A stretch of DNA of 62,664 bases, filler included, from Sphacelaria rigidula (lineage: Eukaryota), in the NCBI GenBank assembly GCA_964200075.2. It is 10 parts of 10 records of this genome, joined end to end, with 100 filler letters (N's around TTAATTAATTAA, not from the genome) between each part and the next. Parts side by side here need not be neighbours in the genome. Positions count along the whole stretch, not along the records: positions 56,489 to 62,664 come from CAXNAA020021727.1; 9 more parts are not named here. One strand, written 5' to 3'. Position 1 is the first letter of the stretch, and the number at the start of each line of letters is the position of its first letter. The translations under genes and the position numbers were made by a program. Below are positions 59,408 to 62,664 of the stretch, one piece after another. The notes beneath the pieces were generated by a model, which saw only the letters and a program-made list of their open reading frames with translations, ran no database searches and was not told the origin of the DNA.

Positions 59408-61024
59408 TCACACTCGCCAGCCATCTCCGACTAACCCTGATGGGGTCGTTGCCAGCTCGTCGTTGCAGTAGAATGAAGAACACGAGTCGTCACCTCCACG
59501 GGTCGACCAGCTACTCCCAGGGGCCGTGGATGGACACATTACGTCGGGGATGTCCAGCTCGAACGATTCAAGACAGATCTTGTCCAAGTCGTCGCCTGCG
59601 TGCTTGTCTAGAGCGTCGGTGGTTTCCCACAGAGGGTCCAAAAGCGGAGAGGTTGGGAAAATCTCGTTCCCGAGGCTTCCGACCAGACATTCGAGGGTAG
59701 CCGCGGTGGACCTAGCGAATGGCTGTCCGTGTCCGAATTCCGCACCGAAGTTTGCGCCGGCCGCTCCTTGGGATCTGTCATGGTCATATTCGCCGCTGCT
59801 AACGCTGGCTGTCGTCTCGGACGAGGGGTATAGACTCGCCATCCTCATAGGGGGCACTTTCGTACCAGGTCTCACTGTAGTATGCTTGGCAGTGGGAGCA
59901 GGAGTGTGACCCGTCTGCTGCTGGAGATGAAGCAGGTGAGTGGTGTAGGTACCGTCCACGGATGAAGAGAAGTGTCCTACCCGCGGGTTCCTTCGGGCTG
60001 CTGAGGTATAGTAAGCCTCGGCACCTGAGCCTGCACCGTAGGCTGCAACCCACTCCTCACCGGGTGCGCTCTCGCGGGCGAAAGGAAGGACGTGCTGTGC
60101 CCCCCCCCGATAAGAGTGGCCAACATGAGCAGTAGGGCCAGCGGATCGCTGTTTGTCATCCACACGCTTAGAAAAGAACTCGTTGAACGTGCAGTCGTTC
60201 CTCGTGCGGTCGCCCGTAGTAGGGTAAGCTTGCATTTTCGTCATCGCTGTGCGCTGCTCCGACAGAAGGAGGTCCGAAAGAAGAGCGGGTGGAGCGTCGA
60301 CTCCGTTCTTCTCGGCCGTGACTCGCTTCAGGCAAACCCGTTTCCTCGTGCAGCTAGACGGAGGCACGCGGGCACGGGGAGCAGCGGGAGGCGTCCAAGT
60401 GGAATTTGACTCGCCGGCTGCGTCACCCGTAAGAGGAGAACATAAACCATCGTCCCCACTGTCGTCGAGCATCCGCTTGGAGTAGGCACGATTTCGGGGT
60501 TGAGCCGCCGACATCGCCCGCCCTGTCGATGCTTGGGCACCAATGGTCGAGACATTTCCTTTAAGCCTTGCAGTGTTGAGCGCCGCTGGCCTAGCAGGAA
60601 TAGTGAGAGTCGAGTAGTCCTCGGCCTTCTTGGGCTTGCTGGTAGCCGCATACAGGTGGCTTGCGGCGGTGTCGGTACTGGTGATGGCGGCAGCGGCGAG
60701 AATTGAAGTTGCCCCCATTATCCGAACGGCCGACCTAGGATTGCTGGTACGGCCACGCTCTCTCTCCGTACCAGGGGAAAGTACGTCACTAGTCGAAACT
60801 CGGCCGTGTGCCTTGCTTCGGGCGTCATCGGAGTCAAAGACGGCACCGCGGATCGCAGCCTTCTTCTTTCCACCACCGCTGCGCCCATCGCGAGTCGTGG
60901 CCTGCTGCTTGATTCCACCGCTCTGCGGTGTTAATCGGGCGCTTGGTGTCGGCTGCGCTAGGGTTTCGCCTACCGGAGGGGTGTACGGGGACAGCGGCAC
61001 AGGATCCTTGATCAAGTTCTCCCT
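59408..61024 (-). CDS. Large, probably terminal, exon of an unknown protein rich in Ser/Ala/Thr/Gly
   Basis: 538 open codons (longest ORF in the window), starting right after ctccaacaacAG in phase 0. Basic patches (GKKKAA, RKRVCLKR) and an acidic-hydrophobic C-terminal stretch; no recognised domain. Confidence 0.75.
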   Translation of the reverse strand, partial: RENLIKDPVPLSPYTPPVGETLAQPTPSARLTPQSGGIKQQATTRDGRSGGGKKKAAIRGAVFDSDDARSKAHGRVSTSDVLSPGTERERGRTSNPRSAVRIMGATSILAAAAITSTDTAASHLYAATSKPKKAEDYSTLTIPARPAALNTARLKGNVSTIGAQASTGRAMSAAQPRNRAYSKRMLDDSGDDGLCSPLTGDAAGESNSTWTPPAAPRARVPPSSCTRKRVCLKRVTAEKNGVDAPPALLSDLLLSEQRTAMTKMQAYPTTGDRTRNDCTFNEFFSKRVDDKQRSAGPTAHVGHSYRGGAQHVLPFARESAPGEEWVAAYGAGSGAEAYYTSAARRNPRVGHFSSSVDGTYTTHLLHLQQQTGHTPAPTAKHTTVRPGTKVPPMRMASLYPSSETTASVSSGEYDHDRSQGAAGANFGAEFGHGQPFARSTAATLECLVGSLGNEIFPTSPLLDPLWETTDALDKHAGDDLDKICLESFELDIPDVMCPSTAPGSSWSTRGGDDSCSSFYCNDELATTPSGLVGDGWRV

Positions 61025-61400
61025 CTGTTGTTGGAGATAACGGATATTATCCTGTGAGGGGTCGACAAGGCAAGGGAGACATTGCGGAGAGGAAAGAGCA
61101 TTCGGCTACGGCGTGATGAGGGAAGCGAGAGCGGAGGATAAGTCGTGTTTTCGCCACATGCTTTACGTGGGATCTATGCAAGTTCCCTTGGGCAGCGACA
61201 CACCCACACGAACATCAACCGCCCGGCCTCGAACATGTGGAATGAAATTCATTTCGGGAGATGGGAGTGGTATCGAAATAAATTGTGGCCGGGGATGACT
61301 CACATAGAACGGGAGACATCACCTGATTGTTACACGAGCACGGGCAGTCCCCATGCTAAGCGAACTTCCGCCACGATCTCTCTTGCATTATTGGGCAACC

Positions 61401-61641
61401 AACCTCCACCTAGGACGTGAATATCCGAGATGAACGTCCATCGAGGGCTTCACATTCGACGTGGATATTTATCATGGGAGTCCGTCTGAGATGTGGGCCT
61501 CCATCTGAGACATCCCAATAGGATATCCACATCTCAGATGGAACTCCACATCCCAGACGGACATCCCAGATGACCATCCACGTCGAATGTGAAGCCCTAG
61601 ATGGACGTTCATCCGGGACATCCACATCCCAGATGGAGGTT
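61401..61641. mobile_element. Intronic foldback/MITE, near-palindromic over its whole 241 bp
   Basis: GATGAACGTCCATCGAGGGCTTCACATTCGACGTGGAT versus ATCCACGTCGAATGTGAAGCCCTAGATGGACGTTCATC; internal CATCyCAGATG sub-repeats. Confidence 0.85.
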
Positions 61642-62363
61642 CAACGATAATAAAAGGCTTCGGCTGCCGCGGCAGGGGCAAGGTTAAAATGTGGATGCAT
61701 TCTCTGGGTCTACTCAACAACCGTCTTGCTATTTTCATCGCGGGAGGAAACAAGAAATACCAGCACAGAAGCTTCACTCAACAGAAATACGGGTAATCTT
61801 CAATCACTTTGATACATGCTACCCTGCTCTAGCTTCAGGTTAGACAGCCGAAGGCTCCGCGAGATTTGGCCGGGGTCTCCCGATTACAGCCTGATACTCG
61901 CTGACGCTGACACCAATATTATGTAGGAGTAATGTCGTTAGCCGACCCTTCTGCGGAGATTCTGCCAATACTGGTCATATTGGTAGGTTCTCCTGCACAC
62001 CATGATACCATATGACAGCTCGTAATAGTGCCGTGGCAGTACTATAGTATCTTTCATGGAACGTCTATGTCAGCTTTGTGGGACCATATACTATTGAAGA
62101 TTCAAGAAACGTTCATGGTGAAACCCGTTCACCAATAGTGTATACCTTCCCCCACGTGTGTTTCTAGCAAGACGTGCACATATATATACAACAGTATCAC
62201 CGATGATCCTTGTCCGCTCATGTCCCGCAAAACCGTCGCGGGCGCGCGTGTATGCGTCATGACAGTGAGTACTGCCTCACCTCTCGCAAGTTCGATCACT
62301 AGACAGGTCACTAGATAAGTCACTAGACATGTGTTACATGGAAATTTATAATAGTGCTTACAC

Positions 62364-62417
62364 CTGTTTCTCAGCCACAATATACTTCGACAAAAGCCGG
62401 ACAAGAATTTGAAATTC
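62364..62417 (-). CDS. Candidate upstream exon of the 59408-61024 gene
   Basis: ctccAG|GAA...CAG|GTGTAA, 54 nt, phase 0: EFQILVRLLSKYIVAEKQ; joins RENLIKDP in frame. Confidence 0.5.
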
Positions 62418-62528
62418 CTGGAGCCACGTAAGACAGCAATAACGGTGACGGTACGGTGTTCGTGGTACACAGCACGACGCTGACAAACCTATCCGGGTGC
62501 TGCATTTCGTCGCCTTCCTGTAGCATAC

Positions 62529-62606
62529 CGCATACAGGTAGCTTTCTGTCGTCAACTTGTTTGCGTTGCCCCCTGGCGTTTGCCAAGCTACATGGCGCTC
62601 AAAGCC
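62529..62606 (-). CDS. Candidate further upstream exon of the same gene
   Basis: aatcaaAG|GGC...GCG|GTATGC, 78 nt, phase 0: GFERHVAWQTPGGNANKLTTESYLYA. Weak acceptor. Confidence 0.35.
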
Positions 62607-62664
62607 CTTTGATTATGTAGTCTGCGAACGTATCTTCTTCAACATGTGCTACACTTGATCAAAT

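Overview
This is not one locus. It is ten unrelated scaffolds of 6176-6177 bp, sorted by size and joined by an artificial 100-bp linker (44 N + TTAATTAATTAA + 44 N); nothing should be inferred across the linkers. The DNA is eukaryotic, intron-rich and repeat-rich. A brown alga (Phaeophyceae) is my inference from short exons with GTGAGT/GTGCGG donors, a POMP/adhesin-like repeat gene and the repeat content. Gene fragments: three phase-0 exons of a POMP-like repeat protein, two exons of a YHS-domain protein, a Nudix hydrolase exon, the last five exons of a DnaJ X-domain protein, and some unassigned exons. Mobile DNA: a tRNA-headed SINE (6 copies), a decayed LINE, a DIRS/Ngaro-type tyrosine recombinase remnant, MITEs with 8-bp TSDs and a small C-tract-associated mini-element. 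The most unusual structure is a 2.78-kb TIR element (CACAC termini, 8-bp TSD) nested in the LINE. It carries about 23 units of a ~42-bp-period array: CAATATATATTG-N6-CAATATG followed by 17-18-nt spacers that look unrelated to each other. All calls are by eye; no searches were run.
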